DNA from: Neophaeotheca triangularis
Lineage: Eukaryota
Length of the DNA stretch: 64,000 nucleotides
Assembly (NCBI GenBank): GCA_054600435.1
Contig: BAAIJX010000006.1
Span: 496,001 to 560,000, forward strand
Direction: 5' to 3'
Shown: positions 36,237 to 49,050 of the stretch, in pieces
Layout: each line of letters begins with the position of its first letter
Position numbering within the stretch: position 1 is the first letter of the stretch
The notes under the pieces: generated by a model
What the model was told of the DNA's origin: nothing
The model's input: only the letters and a program-made list of their open reading frames with translations
Databases searched by the model: none
Position numbers and translations under genes: made by a program

Positions 36237-38482
36237 TCATCCTACCTTCCTCCTGCCCTTCTTCTTTGCTTCCGCTTTCTGAACGTCACTCCCACTCCCA
36301 ACAGCGTTGTCCTGTGTCACTTTGCCTAAACTAACGACAGCCTTTGGGCTCGACAAACTTATTCCGCGATCAGTAAAGTTCGCGTCGGCGCTCCTAAGAC
36401 TCTCGCCGCTTGCCCTTGAGCCCGCCCTACGATGACGCCTAAACTCAGCAAGCGCAGCATCGACGGGCGAAGCGGCGGGTAAGGAACCTTCCGCGGCTGT
36501 AGTGTTCACGACGGGCGAAGTCTCGGCGGCAGAGTCACTGCTCCACCATCCTTCCGGGCGGGATCGATTGCTTTGGTTCGAGAAAGCACTCGTCTGTGGA
36601 CTTTCAGGCCGCTCCTTGTTCGGTCTTACTTTTCGTCTCGGGCTGGTGACTGTTCTGCTCGAGCTGCTCGGTAGCGAAGCCGAGTTTTTAACATGGGGTA
36701 CGCCACCTAAAGCTACCCTTTCGCGCTGTGCTGCAGCAGTTTGGGGAGTCAGACCGAAACGCTCGATTGCCTCTTCAACCTCGTCTGGTTCCGACTCGTC
36801 CATTTGCTGTTCTAACTCTTCGGCAGCACTAGGCCTGTCAAATCTACCATCGTAAGCATCGAGCCGTGGCATTGATTGGAACGGTCCTGGGAGGTTTCGC
36901 TCGGAGTAGTCTGGAGGTTGACTGCCATTTGGAGTGACCAAGCTTGCACGCTGGGTGATACGGGCCTGTACGTTAGGCCATTCCTCAGTCTTCTCCGGGA
37001 GAGCGTAGGTTTCAAGAGCTTGGAGAACGTGAGGGAACACCAATGTGTCAACGTCGCTAGCCCAGAGTAGATCCAGGTGTTCGTACTTGGGAATCTCTTT
37101 GGCTATGGTGTGCTTTGGCAGCTCCTTTAGCATGATGTTGATGTCTACCAGGCTATCGCTCCCTCCATAGATCAGGACGATGGGCGTCTTGATGTTGCGA
37201 GTGGGAAACTTGGCGACTTTGTAATACTTGCTGCTGCTGCTAACCGCGAATGGTGTAGAAACCTCGTCGTCGAACATCTGGAAAGCACGATTGCGTATGA
37301 TTTGGAACCAGTGGACCACAGTCTTTGTGCTGGAGAAGGAGTATAAGTGGGGATATGCTGCGAGTTTCTGATGGGCAGTGATGTTCTTAGTCTGCCAGCC
37401 GAAGAGAAATCGGAGACTTGTGTCGATGAAATATGAAAAGATTCCCGGATAAAGCATAGCCTGCCACATGGTCGCAGAACCCAGAATCGCTCGGCGACCG
37501 AACGCGAGGAAAAGTATGGATGGCGTTGACTTCACAAAGGAGCTCACGATACCAGACGCGAGACCTGGGGGTGCCATTGCTGGAGCAAGAGCCACAAAGA
37601 CGTCAACCTTGTCGTTGAGCGTGGGGTGAATTGAGAGCGTAGCGAAAGCTTGCGCAGTACCTTGCGAAAAGCCAATGTAGGATAAGCTTGGCTGATGTGT
37701 CGTGCTGAGAACGTACTCGATTGAGTCTGGGATGTCGTGGAACGCGAATTGATCCATGCTGAAGTTCCAAAATTCGGTACTAGTAGGTGAGTGGTGCAGA
37801 CACTTCTTGCTATACTTGTTCCCTCTGTTGTTGCCGAGCCTACCATGAAATCGTTAGTAACAACTTAGAAGATAATGTGAAACGGGAAGAGAAGAGGAAT
37901 GGCGAAGCGTACCAAACGTCATAGCCCTGCTCAACCAGTTCGAAAGGCAGACACCGCTCCTTCTCCGTCAAGCACACCCAAACCTCGCTGTTCATCATCA
38001 AGCCGTGGTGCAGATAAACAACCTTCTTCTCAATGCTGCCGCTCCCAGGGCCCGCATTGACCTTCTGCTCTTCCTCGCCTCGTTTCCACCCCAACCGGTG
38101 CAAACCCAGGAGATAGCCATCGCCAGTCTGGACGATGTGCTCTTCAGCATAGTATCCGTAGAGCTCGCAAAGCTCCACAAAGTCTTGCGCCTGTGCAATC
38201 GGACTGGACACAGCTTTCTTCTTGTTGCGATTGCGCCGCGATGAGGGGGACGAGAGCGAATGGAAGGCCTGGCGGGATGTGCGGTAAAGAAAGCGGATGA
38301 CCGGTCCCGGGAGCGCGAGTGTGATGGTCCGGACTACGACTTCGAGGAAGAGAAGTAGAAATGAGGCTCCAAGGGCGAGGTACTCTATACTAAAATCACA
38401 GCTGTCAGTACAGTGCCCTATCACATGGGCATCTCAGGTAAGCCTACAAGAAAAGACGCCCTATGAAAGGGACTCGAGGCAT
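36237..38482 (-). CDS. Sterol esterase / acid-lipase-type alpha/beta hydrolase, Tgl1-like; two introns (~38447-38390, ~37912-37840)
   Basis: N-terminal TM segment, EEHIVQTGDGYLLGLHR, HHGLMMNSEVW, WLGNNRGNKYS across an intron, nucleophile GFSQG, GGSDSLVD and YEHLD (catalytic Asp/His). Confidence 0.93.
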
Positions 38483-39044
38483 GGTTGCTACACGATTCTA
38501 CCGGTGGAGTTTGAAGGGATCAGGCATTGCAGTTTGTTGCAGGCTGGTAGGTTGATAGGTACTAAGATACTGCTCAAAGTATGTTGGGATATGCAGATTC
38601 CAGGTGCGGTGAGCTGCGTCGCATGTTGTATTCGAAGCAGAATGTGATTGCCCAGCTCGACCTTCCTACGTGCGTCATGTCAAGCTCCCGTCCTTTGACC
38701 AGGTAGGTACCTAGGTACGGCTTTCAACGCTCGTGCTCGCGGCTCGCTTCACAAATCACAGAGGACAAAAGCTCCGACACTTTCCGCAGAGCCGCATGCA
38801 GTGCCGCTGAGGTTGCTTTCCTTTCCTGCATCTAACTTGCCCGCCTCGAGAGTGTCACCATCTTCTTCATCAGACATTCATCTACAAATTCGACATTTTG
38901 ACACAGACAACGGAATCCCAAGGTTTGACCACTCTCACGGCTGGTTCTTAAATAGCAAATTGTCGAGAGGACGTCTACGAAAGCCAACACAGCTTCCTCA
39001 TCCTAGCCCACTTCGAACCGCTACCCTTCAGAACATCAAGAAAT

Positions 39045-39464
39045 ATGCCTTCAAGCTGCAAAGACATCCGTGCAGCTCTAGCAACGTGCCTGCAAAACAG
39101 TGACTGCGTTCTCGTCCACCGCAATACGCCCGCAGAATGCCTCCGCGAACCTCTGGCGTCCACACTACCCACCCAGTGCCAGCAGCTCAAACATGGCTAC
39201 GGCGAGTGCAAGCGTGGCATGATAGATATGCGCAAACGCTTCCGAGGCAACAAGCCTATCGCCGCTAGCCAGGAACTGGAGAGTGGTGCTGATACCATGG
39301 GGGGACCTGATGGTAGCCAGCAGATTGGTGGCGGCATGTTGTATGCGGGTAAGGGTGCGTATGATAGATCAGAGCCCAAGGGCACGAGCGGACGGGATGA
39401 TCAAGATGAAGGGCTTGAGAAATGGATCCGGAATGACGGTGTGGAGGATGTTAGGAAGAAATAA
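39045..39464 (+). CDS. pet191: Cytochrome c oxidase assembly factor Pet191/COA5
   Basis: SCKDIRAALATCLQNSDCV...ECL...CQQLKHGYGECKRGMIDMRKRFRGN, the twin CX9C pattern with the family C-terminal motif. Confidence 0.95.
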   Translation: MPSSCKDIRAALATCLQNSDCVLVHRNTPAECLREPLASTLPTQCQQLKHGYGECKRGMIDMRKRFRGNKPIAASQELESGADTMGGPDGSQQIGGGMLYAGKGAYDRSEPKGTSGRDDQDEGLEKWIRNDGVEDVRKK

Positions 39465-40015
39465 GAGTCAGCAAATGTTAAGGCCTCCCCAGGCAATGGA
39501 CGATTGGCGAGTTGATGGGACTATCATCATCAAGACTTGACTGGCAGCAGCCATTGATCACTATCGAGCTTCGAAAGTCGCGCCTCGCTGGCACTTGCGA
39601 CCGGCACGACGGCATGCTTGGCGACAGGCAATACATTGGCAATACTGTGCGCCTGGTCCTGGTTGCTTGAGCGTCACTTCAGACATGTGAGCAATGTTTG
39701 CAGCATGCCAGCGACCTCATTCGCTACCTAGAACAACTGCTCCTGGTGACAAACTCAACCTTGGAATTGAAACGAACGCGGCTTGATAGCCGAGCTGCGG
39801 GGCACCCATTCTTAGGTGGGGCAGTTGTCAGGCCCACGGCGCTGGGTCGCTGGCTATGGATCGCCGAGCAGCTGACAGCTGACTCTCAGCTCTTTTATCA
39901 CGCCTATCCCTCCTCTCCTCTCCTCTCCATCGCGGCGCCCTCCTTCCTCTGTTGGTCGTCAAAGCAACACATGCTCAACACCTTCAACCGCACCGGGCGG
40001 CGTCAAGACTCAACT

Positions 40016-40750
40016 ATGGCACTCTCTTCTATCTCGAGCTACTCCGCCGTTTCGACGGTTCTGTCCCTCCCCGAACTCCTCGAACTTATCCTCCTCCAGC
40101 TTCCGCAAAAGGATATACTTCTCTCCCAGCGCACATCGCGTGTCTTCCGCGAGACAATCACAGACAGTGTACGCTTGCAGCGCGCCCTTTTCTTCGTTGC
40201 AGACTGGAAGCAGTCGATGCACACCTGCGATTCCGTCTGGGACAATGCAACCGACTCGCACAGACCAGAGAACAACCGCTTGCTTTTGCGCGCTCTACCC
40301 GCATCGTATCCCACGCTTACGCTGGTGGTGGTAAACGATGCCAGCCAGCCGCGCCGGAGGGACAGTGGCGCTTTCACTGCCGATAGTGGGAGCCCTACTG
40401 ACGCCAAAGAGCTTCGCACTTGGACGGTGTGCGTATCGTACCCAAGCAATCGCGATCCAGAAATACGCCATCACTCAGTGAACTATCCAGAAGCAAGCTG
40501 GAAGCGCATGCTGCTGTGCCAACCTCCGACGATTGCCCTGCACTTAGTGAGACGATGGCAACGGAGCAGCAACGCTGCAATATCCTATCAGAACGATGAG
40601 GAAGACGAAGCAACCAAAGGCGGTATTACGATGGGACAATTCTGCGAGGAAGCGAGTCGGGGGTTGAAAGAAGGGGGGTGGCATGGGTCATACACGGGTA
40701 TCGATGAAGATTGGCATTTTGAAGGAAGGGTCGGGCAGAACTGGGTCTGA
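40016..40750 (+). CDS. F-box domain protein
   Basis: VLSLPELLELILLQLPQKDILLSQRTSRVFRETITDSVRLQRALFF (F-box-like) and ASWKRMLLCQPP, typical of expanded ascomycete F-box families. Alternative ATG at 39971. Confidence 0.8.
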   Translation: MALSSISSYSAVSTVLSLPELLELILLQLPQKDILLSQRTSRVFRETITDSVRLQRALFFVADWKQSMHTCDSVWDNATDSHRPENNRLLLRALPASYPTLTLVVVNDASQPRRRDSGAFTADSGSPTDAKELRTWTVCVSYPSNRDPEIRHHSVNYPEASWKRMLLCQPPTIALHLVRRWQRSSNAAISYQNDEEDEATKGGITMGQFCEEASRGLKEGGWHGSYTGIDEDWHFEGRVGQNWV

Positions 40751-42087
40751 AGAATGGGCCGTTTCCTTTTCTTTTGGTTGTTTGCCGGTGTTGTGTGCGG
40801 ATACCCTCTGCTGTTGCTTGGTGATTACCCATGTAGTATCTTTCATTGCTTGAGTAGGCCATCCGGTTTCACTGTTACGAAGTAGCATGCTTCACGAGGA
40901 TGGACAAGCTCAAGAAACAAGGCTCAAGCCTCCCACCAGCCTGACGTTTCTGTATCACCATTATTGCCATGCGAGTTGGTACACCCAACGGCGTATTAGA
41001 TACAGCCTGAATGCGAATAGATACACAAACGGCTCCAGGGCTTGTAGCATGCGTCAGCGTGCAGTAGGGCTCGTCATTGGTGGAGCCGAGAGCTGGCTGG
41101 ATGGCGGCGACGTCGAAACGGTGGAGACGTCGTCAGCCCTGTGCTGGGAGAGGGAGAGAGGGAGAGGGGGAGAGAGAGAGTTTGGAGGGTGCAGCAGCGA
41201 GGCCCTCCACCAGATACGAGTACAACGTGCAGACTGCAGACATGTGCATATGCTGCCACTTTTTGTTGTTGTTGTTGCATCCCTTCATCACTCATCTTTG
41301 AGTCTTGACCTTTTCTCCAAATCAGTCCTTTTGTCTTGTTCTTCGCAAATTACTCACCCAGCACGTCCGTGTTCGAGCCTCGTCTGCACGCTTTGCTCAT
41401 CAGCTGCCACTCCACCTGCAAGTGAAGGCATCGTGCCAGCATCATCCCGGCTGCAAGAAGCGCCCGCCTCACCACGGCCACCTCCATCACCACACAACCT
41501 ATATCCTCCATCGACCCAACCCAAGCGAGCCTCTGCTCCATAAGCACACCTTCGCCGTGCATTCGTGTCCTTGCCGCCTTGACCGGACCCTTACGAAACA
41601 GGCTACGCTCTGCGAGCAGCCGGTGAGACTCGGACAGACATTCATACCCTGCACGAGCCCACCACCACCGGGACGTAGAGAGGCGTTGGCGCCCAAAAAG
41701 GACCGGGTAGCTGCTTTTGGTGCGAAGCTGGACCTGGAGAAGAGTCAGGCATCAACAACTAGGTATGTTTCTTGCAGCCCCGATTGGCGTGGAACAGCCA
41801 TGGCCGGACATCGAGCTGTCTCTGTCGAACGCATGCCCCGTGAGTGAGCGACGCAGAGAGTGTAAAAGCATGCAACGCCGTTATCTTGCACCACCTCAAC
41901 GACGTTGCTGCCCGTTGCTTCTCTGCTTCCACTCGCGTTCTCGCTGACATCCCGAGCCATGGTGTTCGACCTCCGCTCTCTGGTCATTACAAAGGTCTCA
42001 GCTGACAAGATGAAGAAGCAAGAGCGCATCTCCTCGGCGCCCATCACACTCTCGCTCGTAGAGAGGCCCAAGGCCGGCGCTGTAGAC

Positions 42088-45000
42088 ATGTCGTACCACC
42101 GTACTTCATCGCCCGGCGGACGACGCATCCAGAACCCTGCCCGCCTTAGCGACAGCTTCACCGACCCATACTACTCCCAGCGGCACACTACAAGTTACGG
42201 CAACCCGCGCACGAGCACCGACAGAGTGTATCCAGGAGCCACCCAATCGTATTCCACCCATGCTCCTCCCACCAGTTCTGGCCGTGGTAGCGACCGCTAC
42301 GACTCGTACACAGGTAGGCCACGCGGAAACTCACTGCTGGAACAAAGGTCAAACGTTCCGCCGACGACACAGCTCCCAAGTCGAGCTCGACCTACAATTG
42401 TCCAGAACGATGGCGGCCGCCCATCTAGCCCGGTGAACCGCTCGCACGACAAAGACTATTACCTTACTCCGGCGCATGCACCACGCAAGTCTGAGCACAA
42501 GAAAGTCTACAGTGTGGATGATGGTGCTGCGAAGCTTGTAGCCGATGTTGACGTGGGATCTGACAAGGAGAAGACAAGGCGCAAGAGGCGTGATAGCGAG
42601 GAGCGTGGTGGATACCGCTCTTCCGGTTCTGGGCGAAGCAAAGGCTATCATCTGAACGGGCCGCTGGTACGTACGGAAAAGCATCTCAACGACGACGAGG
42701 GCTACTCCTACACCGACCCGGCGAGTATGTACAAGGATACTGAGCCTAGGTGGCGTCCTCGTCGAGGTAGTGTGGATCGTGGTGGCGCGAGCCGTGAGCG
42801 ACCGCAAAGCCTGCTGCTCGAGCCTGGCTACAATCCCAGGAAACCGGCCAGAGACAGTGGACCACCACCCAGCGCTCGAGGCTGGGACAAAATCAACGAG
42901 GGTCTGGGGCGCGCCAACAGCCTGCAGGTCGGTGGTAGCAGTCACGACCGCTCGACTTCACGAGGGAGATACGAACAGCCTGCACGGTCGAGCGGCATGC
43001 TCAGTCCTCACGATCCATACTATGTGCCACCCCGTGCTGTTTCGAACGATCGACGCGGCGCGGCTGTCAATCAGAGCGGACCCATTGAGAAATACGAGCC
43101 CTATGCTGACGCCGGTCACGATGACCGCCTCCGACCTGAACCGCGTTATCGTCCACGTCGTCACAGCGCTACCCGCGCACCAGATGTCGGTGTTGAGCGG
43201 AGGGGCTTCGGGATTCGAAGCGATAGCAAAGACCGCTATGGAAGAGGCAGCGATGAGGACCTTGGCCGTCCTGGTCCAGACTATCCTCGCGACTCAGGAT
43301 ACATCGAGCCACCGCCACGTTCGAATCAGTTGCCCGATAGGTATGCTCTCGAGGAGCAGCGTCTGGAGCAGCAAAAACGTGATCTGCTCGCGGCAAAGAA
43401 CTTTCAAGATGAAAGAGCCGATAGGCAATATGAGCATGATGCGAGGGACAGGGATGACAGGAGACGAGGAGACAGAGACTCTCGACGCGATCCGGAGTAT
43501 GAGCGAGAACGCGATCACGACAGACCCAAGGACCGAGACAGGGATCACGAAAGGCATAAAGAGCGAGACCGTGAGCGGGACCGCCCTCGTGAACGTGACC
43601 GCGGCGACAAGGACAAGGAAAGGCACCACCACCGAAGGTCTACTGCGGATAAGGAAACCGATCGAGAGCGTGAACGCGGATACGAACGACACACTAAGGA
43701 TTCAGGTGCTAGGGACAGCAATGACAACATTCTCCCCGCTGGTGCGGCTGGCGTCGGGCTCGGTGCCGCTACTGCTTACGGTGCTAGTCATCTCATGAAA
43801 AAGCACAAAGATAGAGACAGCGACAGCGATCGCGATCGCGATCGTGACCGTGAGCACGACAAAGAGTCGGGCAGAGACCGTGAGCGAGACCGCGAACGAG
43901 AACGTGACCGTGACCGTCTTGAGCGTGACGAACGCCGCTACGAGGACGACCGCAAGGCCGACCGCGACAGAGACACCGAGCGAAGACACCGTCACCACGA
44001 GCCACTTCCTAATGAGCCTCCATCGTCTGCACGTGAACGCCCACAGGATCGTCACCTTGACCCAGATCGTGGTCTTGGCTTTGCTTTTGAAGGACCCTCG
44101 GAGCCTACAGCACCCAGATCGCCGAGAGAGCCAGGCCGCGATCATCCACGAGAGCGAGAGCGCGAGCGCAGTGATGAGGTTGATGCTGCACCTCCCAAAC
44201 CATCCGACCCAGCCGTCGTGGATCCAGACGAAGATTACCGCCGTCGCATGGAGCAAGTGCAGCGCGAGCTGGGTCGGGGCGACGAACGTCACAGTTCCGA
44301 CTCCGACGGCGACCGCGAACGCCGCCGCAAAGAGCGCGAAGCCCGCCAGCGCGAGCGAGAAATGTCCGCGCAACCACCAAGAGAGCGTGGCGTAGGTTTC
44401 GAGCAGCCCCCTCCGTCCTCGCACCGCTCTTTCGACGAAGAAGACTCCTACGTTTCGGGCTCTGCTCACCGAGAAGATGGCGGCCTCCGGCGCAAACCCA
44501 GCATCCTCGACGAGCCCATGGAACGTCAAGATCAGGCGCAAATCATCGACAACACGGAGAGCCAGCGTCGCGAGAACCGCGTCCGGATCGTGGACCCGCC
44601 TACGCAGCAAGAGGAGGATGCCAAACCCAAGGGCATATTGAAGAAGCCTACGGACAAGTTCAAAGAGGACCCGAACCCGATCCGCGAGGGCGTGGCGCCG
44701 CTCAAAGAAGCGACTAAAAACGATGGGGGCATCCCGCCCGGTGCCCGTTGGACCAAGATCGACCGCCGTCTGGTGAACCCAGAAGCCCTGGAGGACGCCA
44801 AAGAGCGTTTTGAAGAACGCCTGGACCATGTCATCGTCTTGCGCGTGCTTACCAAAGAGGAGATTCAGAAGTTTGCAGATCGGACCAAGGAGATTAGAGG
44901 TACGTGGTATTGTTGAATCGGCATTTCACGGTCAGTCATGGCTAACGTTTATTTTCGCAAGATGAACGCTACGAACAAGAACGCTCGGAACGCAAGTCGC

Positions 45001-45299
45001 AGCGGCGCAAGGACCGCAACCGCGACCGCAGGGATCGAGATGAGTTTGAGGATGATAGCGAGGATGAGTTCAAGGAGAAGCCGGTGAGGATGCTCGAGGC
45101 GCCGGCTGGTCCCGGCGCGGAAGCGGATTTTGGTGAGAGGAGGGATAAGGAGAGGAGGGAGAGAGATAGGGAGAGGGAGTATCATCCTTCCGGCGGGTCT
45201 GGGAGGGATAGAGATAGGGAAAGGGATAGGGATAGAGAGAGGGAGAGGGAGAAGGAGAGGGACAGGGATCGTGACAGAGAGAGGGAGCGGAGGGATTAG
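42088..45299 (+). CDS. Large Arg/Asp/Glu-rich protein with conserved C-terminal domain (DUF8035-like); intron 44900-44961
   Basis: ~1000-codon ORF with RD/RE dipeptide tracts and the conserved block KGILKKPT.KF.EDPNPIREGVAPLK...IPPGARWTKIDRRLVNPEAL...ERFEER...VIVLRVLTKEEIQ. The GTACGT...GCTAAC...AAG intron joins it to the 45084-45299 frame. Confidence 0.85.
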
Positions 45300-45526
45300 G
45301 TTTGGGAGGGGAGAGGTTCTCTTTGACAGAATTGCGTAAGTAGGTCGTGGGTTCGGGTTCGGGGGTCTGGGGTAGTTGCTCAGGCCAAGGAAAACGTACA
45401 AAGCGACGAACAAAGTACGAAATCTTCCGCTCAACCCCCAGCGCCACTACCAAGTTATAAAAACCCAACCTAGGCACCGACCGTAAAACGACCAGAAACT
45501 TCTCAGCCAGTCCAGCCCAGCCAAAG

Positions 45527-46887
45527 TCACCCCCTCCCCCCCTCAGTCCCCTCGCTCGCCCCAAAATCCCCGCCAACCCTCCTCCCCAAAGCCCGTCTCA
45601 AAACCCACTCCTTCGCACTCACCGTCTCTTCCCCCTCCCCGCTCTCCCTCTTAGCAGCATCAACAACCCCACTCCCTTCTACCGCTCTCAAAACAACCTC
45701 ATCCTCCGGCCGGCAAAAATAAACCAAACTCATCCGTTGCAAGCCCGCTTGTTGGCCGGCTGGCGACACTACGCGGTGCAAGTTGCTGCGCAGCACGCCG
45801 GCGGTGAATTTCACCATGCTGTCGCCGAGGTTGCAGACGCAGTGGCCGCGCAGCGGTTTCACGTAGCTCCAGGTCGGGGAGGCGGGGGGTAGGATTTGCA
45901 GGCCGGAGAGGCGGTTGTGGAGGACTGGGTAGGGGGCGTCAGTTCGGTGGGTGGGTGGGTGATGGGGGGTTTGGGTGAAGAAGTGTGGGGGGCGAGGGGT
46001 TGGAGGGTTTGTGACGTACGCGTCAACGAGCCGAAGTCTGTGTGCTCGCCTAGAGATTTCTGGTCGGTGGACTGGATCTGGGCCTGAGTGGTCCGAGGGG
46101 AGTGGACCCAGCGCACTTGGTCGCCGGAGGGTGAGGGGAGTTTGTGCAGGTTCTGCAGGGTTGCGGTGGGTAGGCCGAGTTTGTCGTTTAGCAGGCTCAG
46201 GAGTAGGGTGACGATGGCGTGGGATTGGCGGATGTAGGTTTCGAGGAGGTCGCGGTTGGATCGGGCTTGTAAGCAGCTTGGTGCTGGGAGAGGGTCGGAG
46301 AGGCCGAGGATATCGTCTTTGGAGATGTTGTAGAATTCGTTGCGGTCGCGGGTTCCCGATTTGTCGATTATGCCGGCTGAGTGTTGGGGTTGTTAGTTGA
46401 GTGGTTTGCGGTGATGAAGAATCTTTTCTTTACCTCCCAGCCCCTTGTAGCCGAAGTAAGAGCCTTGGTCTTTGAAATCGTACTTTTGCTTCTCTTCGAC
46501 GGGAAGAGAGAAGACTTCCTCGCCGAGGGAGAAGAGTTGATTGGCAGTCTTGAGGTAGGCGTCACCGTCGATGGCAGCTGACTTGCCGGAGAGGTCAGAG
46601 TGGGCACTATCACGCTTGGTGCCACTGTCGTCGCGGTCCTCGGATGCATCGCGTAAATCTAGATAGAAGAAGCCGAGCTCACAGCTAGCTTTCCACAACC
46701 TGGAGAGCTCGATATCATCTTTTGCGAGCAGCTTGCGGAGGGAGATGCGTAGTAGAGGGGCTTGAGGGACATGTTCCGGAAACGGGGGGAGGCCGGTGTA
46801 CTCGAGTGCCTCTGACGAATCCGGGTCTACTATTCTGGGTGCTGCTATGGCTTGACTGCCAATCTGCGAGTCGCTGGAGAGGAACAT
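45527..46887 (-). CDS. 2-oxoglutarate/Fe(II)-dependent dioxygenase (IPNS/DIOX family); two introns (~46433-46377, ~46019-45926)
   Basis: ASCELGFFYL (DIOX N-terminal motif), HTDFGSLT (HxD), NLGD, HRVV (distal His) and RMSLVYF (RxS). Confidence 0.92.
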
Positions 46888-47262
46888 GGCGTGTCTGTGT
46901 CTGTGTCTTTCTGTGTCGTTTTCCAACAAGGTTGAGTTTGCTAGGAAGGAATAAGAGAGAGGGAGACAAAAGAAGAGGGGAGGTGAATATAAAGTCATTT
47001 ACCTTGGCTAACGCTTGTCAATCGACACAAGGAGGGTAATGTTCATTGGCCGAGTGCTGTCATTGAACATTCAAGTAGGACGACGATGGGAGGCGTAGGA
47101 CTATAGCTGCCCCGCAATTTGGGTACTGTACCTAGGTACTAGAGTACTGAACATAGGTAGCTCACGTAGTACCTAGAGCTGTTTAGAGGAGCTGCTTGAA
47201 GAGGTGAGGTCCACCGTCCATAGACACCTCAGGCAGCCCGTCAGACGTACAGTGCACACGCT

Positions 47263-47346
47263 CAGACAGACAGACAGACAGAGACACAGACAGAGACACA
47301 GACGCAGACACAGACGCAGACACAGACGCAGACACAGACACAGACA
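47263..47346. repeat. Compound (CAGA)n / (CAGACA, CAGACG)n microsatellite
   Basis: Read directly; it explains the CLCL, SVSA and RHRR ORFs in the track. Confidence 0.9.
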
Positions 47347-48069
47347 AAAGAAACACATGACCTGCCCATATTTGCCACACAGTCCCTTATTATAGCGGTA
47401 TTAGTTTTGATATCCTCCACCTCCACTGCTACCACGACTCAGACCTGCACCCCAACCCGCATTATCCCCCTCTTCAAAACGGCCAGTCATTTGACGACGT
47501 GACACGGGACCTGCAGACTCTCCACGTAAGGTTACTAGTAAATACATAGTAGTAACTTGGGTATTCTTCTGTATGTCTCACTTCACAACCACTTGGATCT
47601 CGTGACGGCAACACAAGGCGACTAGACTGCGCCTCTGACTGTTACTACTAACGTTATTGTATGTATCTACCCTACCTACCCACCTCCTACCACCCACATA
47701 TCCCACGCCGCATGCCTGCCTGCCTGCCTGCCTGTGCCTGTGCTTGTCTGCCTGCACCAGCCGAGTCAATCTCATCAGTCATACAGTACATTAACTTAAG
47801 CTTGACTCGCCATCTTCTCTTTTACTCCTCACCCCTTCACCCTCGTTCTTTATAACCTTTCATTTGTCGCCCATCCCCGTCCGCCTTCATTTGCAACAAC
47901 TTGTAATAACTCACTTTGGACATCCCGCCCCACTTTTCTTAGCTTCAAGCTCGACGTCCTACTAATCCACGAGGACAACATCATACACTGACCGGCCTTG
48001 CGCCGGGTCCCAAAAACAAGACAAGCCACACGCAGCTTATACAAGACTGCCTCCGGCCCATCTATTCAA

Positions 48070-49050
48070 ATGTCGGACCTACACCGCTTCGCTGTCCGCA
48101 ACGCAACCGCCAGCATGCAAGCCTGGTCACAGCTTGCCCAAGCCAGGCGTACATTGCCACCACTCACAAGGTCGACTGAGTCAAGCAGCTTCGACCACGG
48201 CCTCGCCATGCCTACCATACCGACACGGCCAGAGTTTGACCGTAGCCAGACGTGGCCTCTTCCCAAGGCAGAGACAACCATGAAGTCGATCCTCGAAGAA
48301 GAAGAAGAAGAAGATATCGATCAAGACCCGCAACAACACTTCCTCTCCCCAGTCCAGTCTCACGAGTACCAGCCATGGGAAGACGGCAGCGACGACGAAG
48401 ACGGCTCCGAAATCGAATGGGACGCCGGCATCACAGACTTTGCCCTCTTCGACAACGACCGCCGCCAAGCTGAGCACCGACAAACCGAGCTCCCCTCAAG
48501 ATGGCAAAACGTCCTCATAAACCAAGAACAAGCCCTACAACGTTCTGTCAAACGCACTTTGTCGCACCGCCAATTGTCCGAAGATCCCGCCACCGCCATC
48601 ACCACTGAAGCCGCCGAAGACACCGACATGCCCAGCCTAACACCGGACACCTCTCCAGACCTCGGCGACCTCGGCGACGAATTCCCAGACCCGCCACCAC
48701 CAGTCGCCCACTCACTGCCACCGATGCGCTCACCATCCCATCCCAAGCAAAAGCAACCGAAACCCGCCTACCTCACCGTCGAAATCACTCCCCCTCTGCC
48801 CTCGGAAGCGAGTATCCAAGAAAACGAGGACCTGCCTCTCAGCTTCCAGGCGCCGCGACGCCAAGCCCCTTCTTCTTCCACCGACACCGACAAGACCAAG
48901 ATCCAGCGTCCCGGATTGCGCCACGCAAGGACTATGTCCGGGAAGCTGCACTCGTGGCGCAGACCCGGGTGGGAGATCTACGCGCTAGATGAGGGGGTTG
49001 AGGAAGAGGGGGTAGGGAGTGGCGTGAAGGGTTGCCAGATAGCCCGTTGA
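48070..49050 (+). CDS. Hypothetical acidic/Pro-rich protein, 326 aa
   Basis: Intronless ORF with good start context (caaATG) and coding-like composition. Motif-like islands EWDAGITDFALFD, PSLTPDTSP and RPGLRHARTMSGKLHSWRRP. Confidence 0.7.
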   Translation: MSDLHRFAVRNATASMQAWSQLAQARRTLPPLTRSTESSSFDHGLAMPTIPTRPEFDRSQTWPLPKAETTMKSILEEEEEEDIDQDPQQHFLSPVQSHEYQPWEDGSDDEDGSEIEWDAGITDFALFDNDRRQAEHRQTELPSRWQNVLINQEQALQRSVKRTLSHRQLSEDPATAITTEAAEDTDMPSLTPDTSPDLGDLGDEFPDPPPPVAHSLPPMRSPSHPKQKQPKPAYLTVEITPPLPSEASIQENEDLPLSFQAPRRQAPSSSTDTDKTKIQRPGLRHARTMSGKLHSWRRPGWEIYALDEGVEEEGVGSGVKGCQIAR

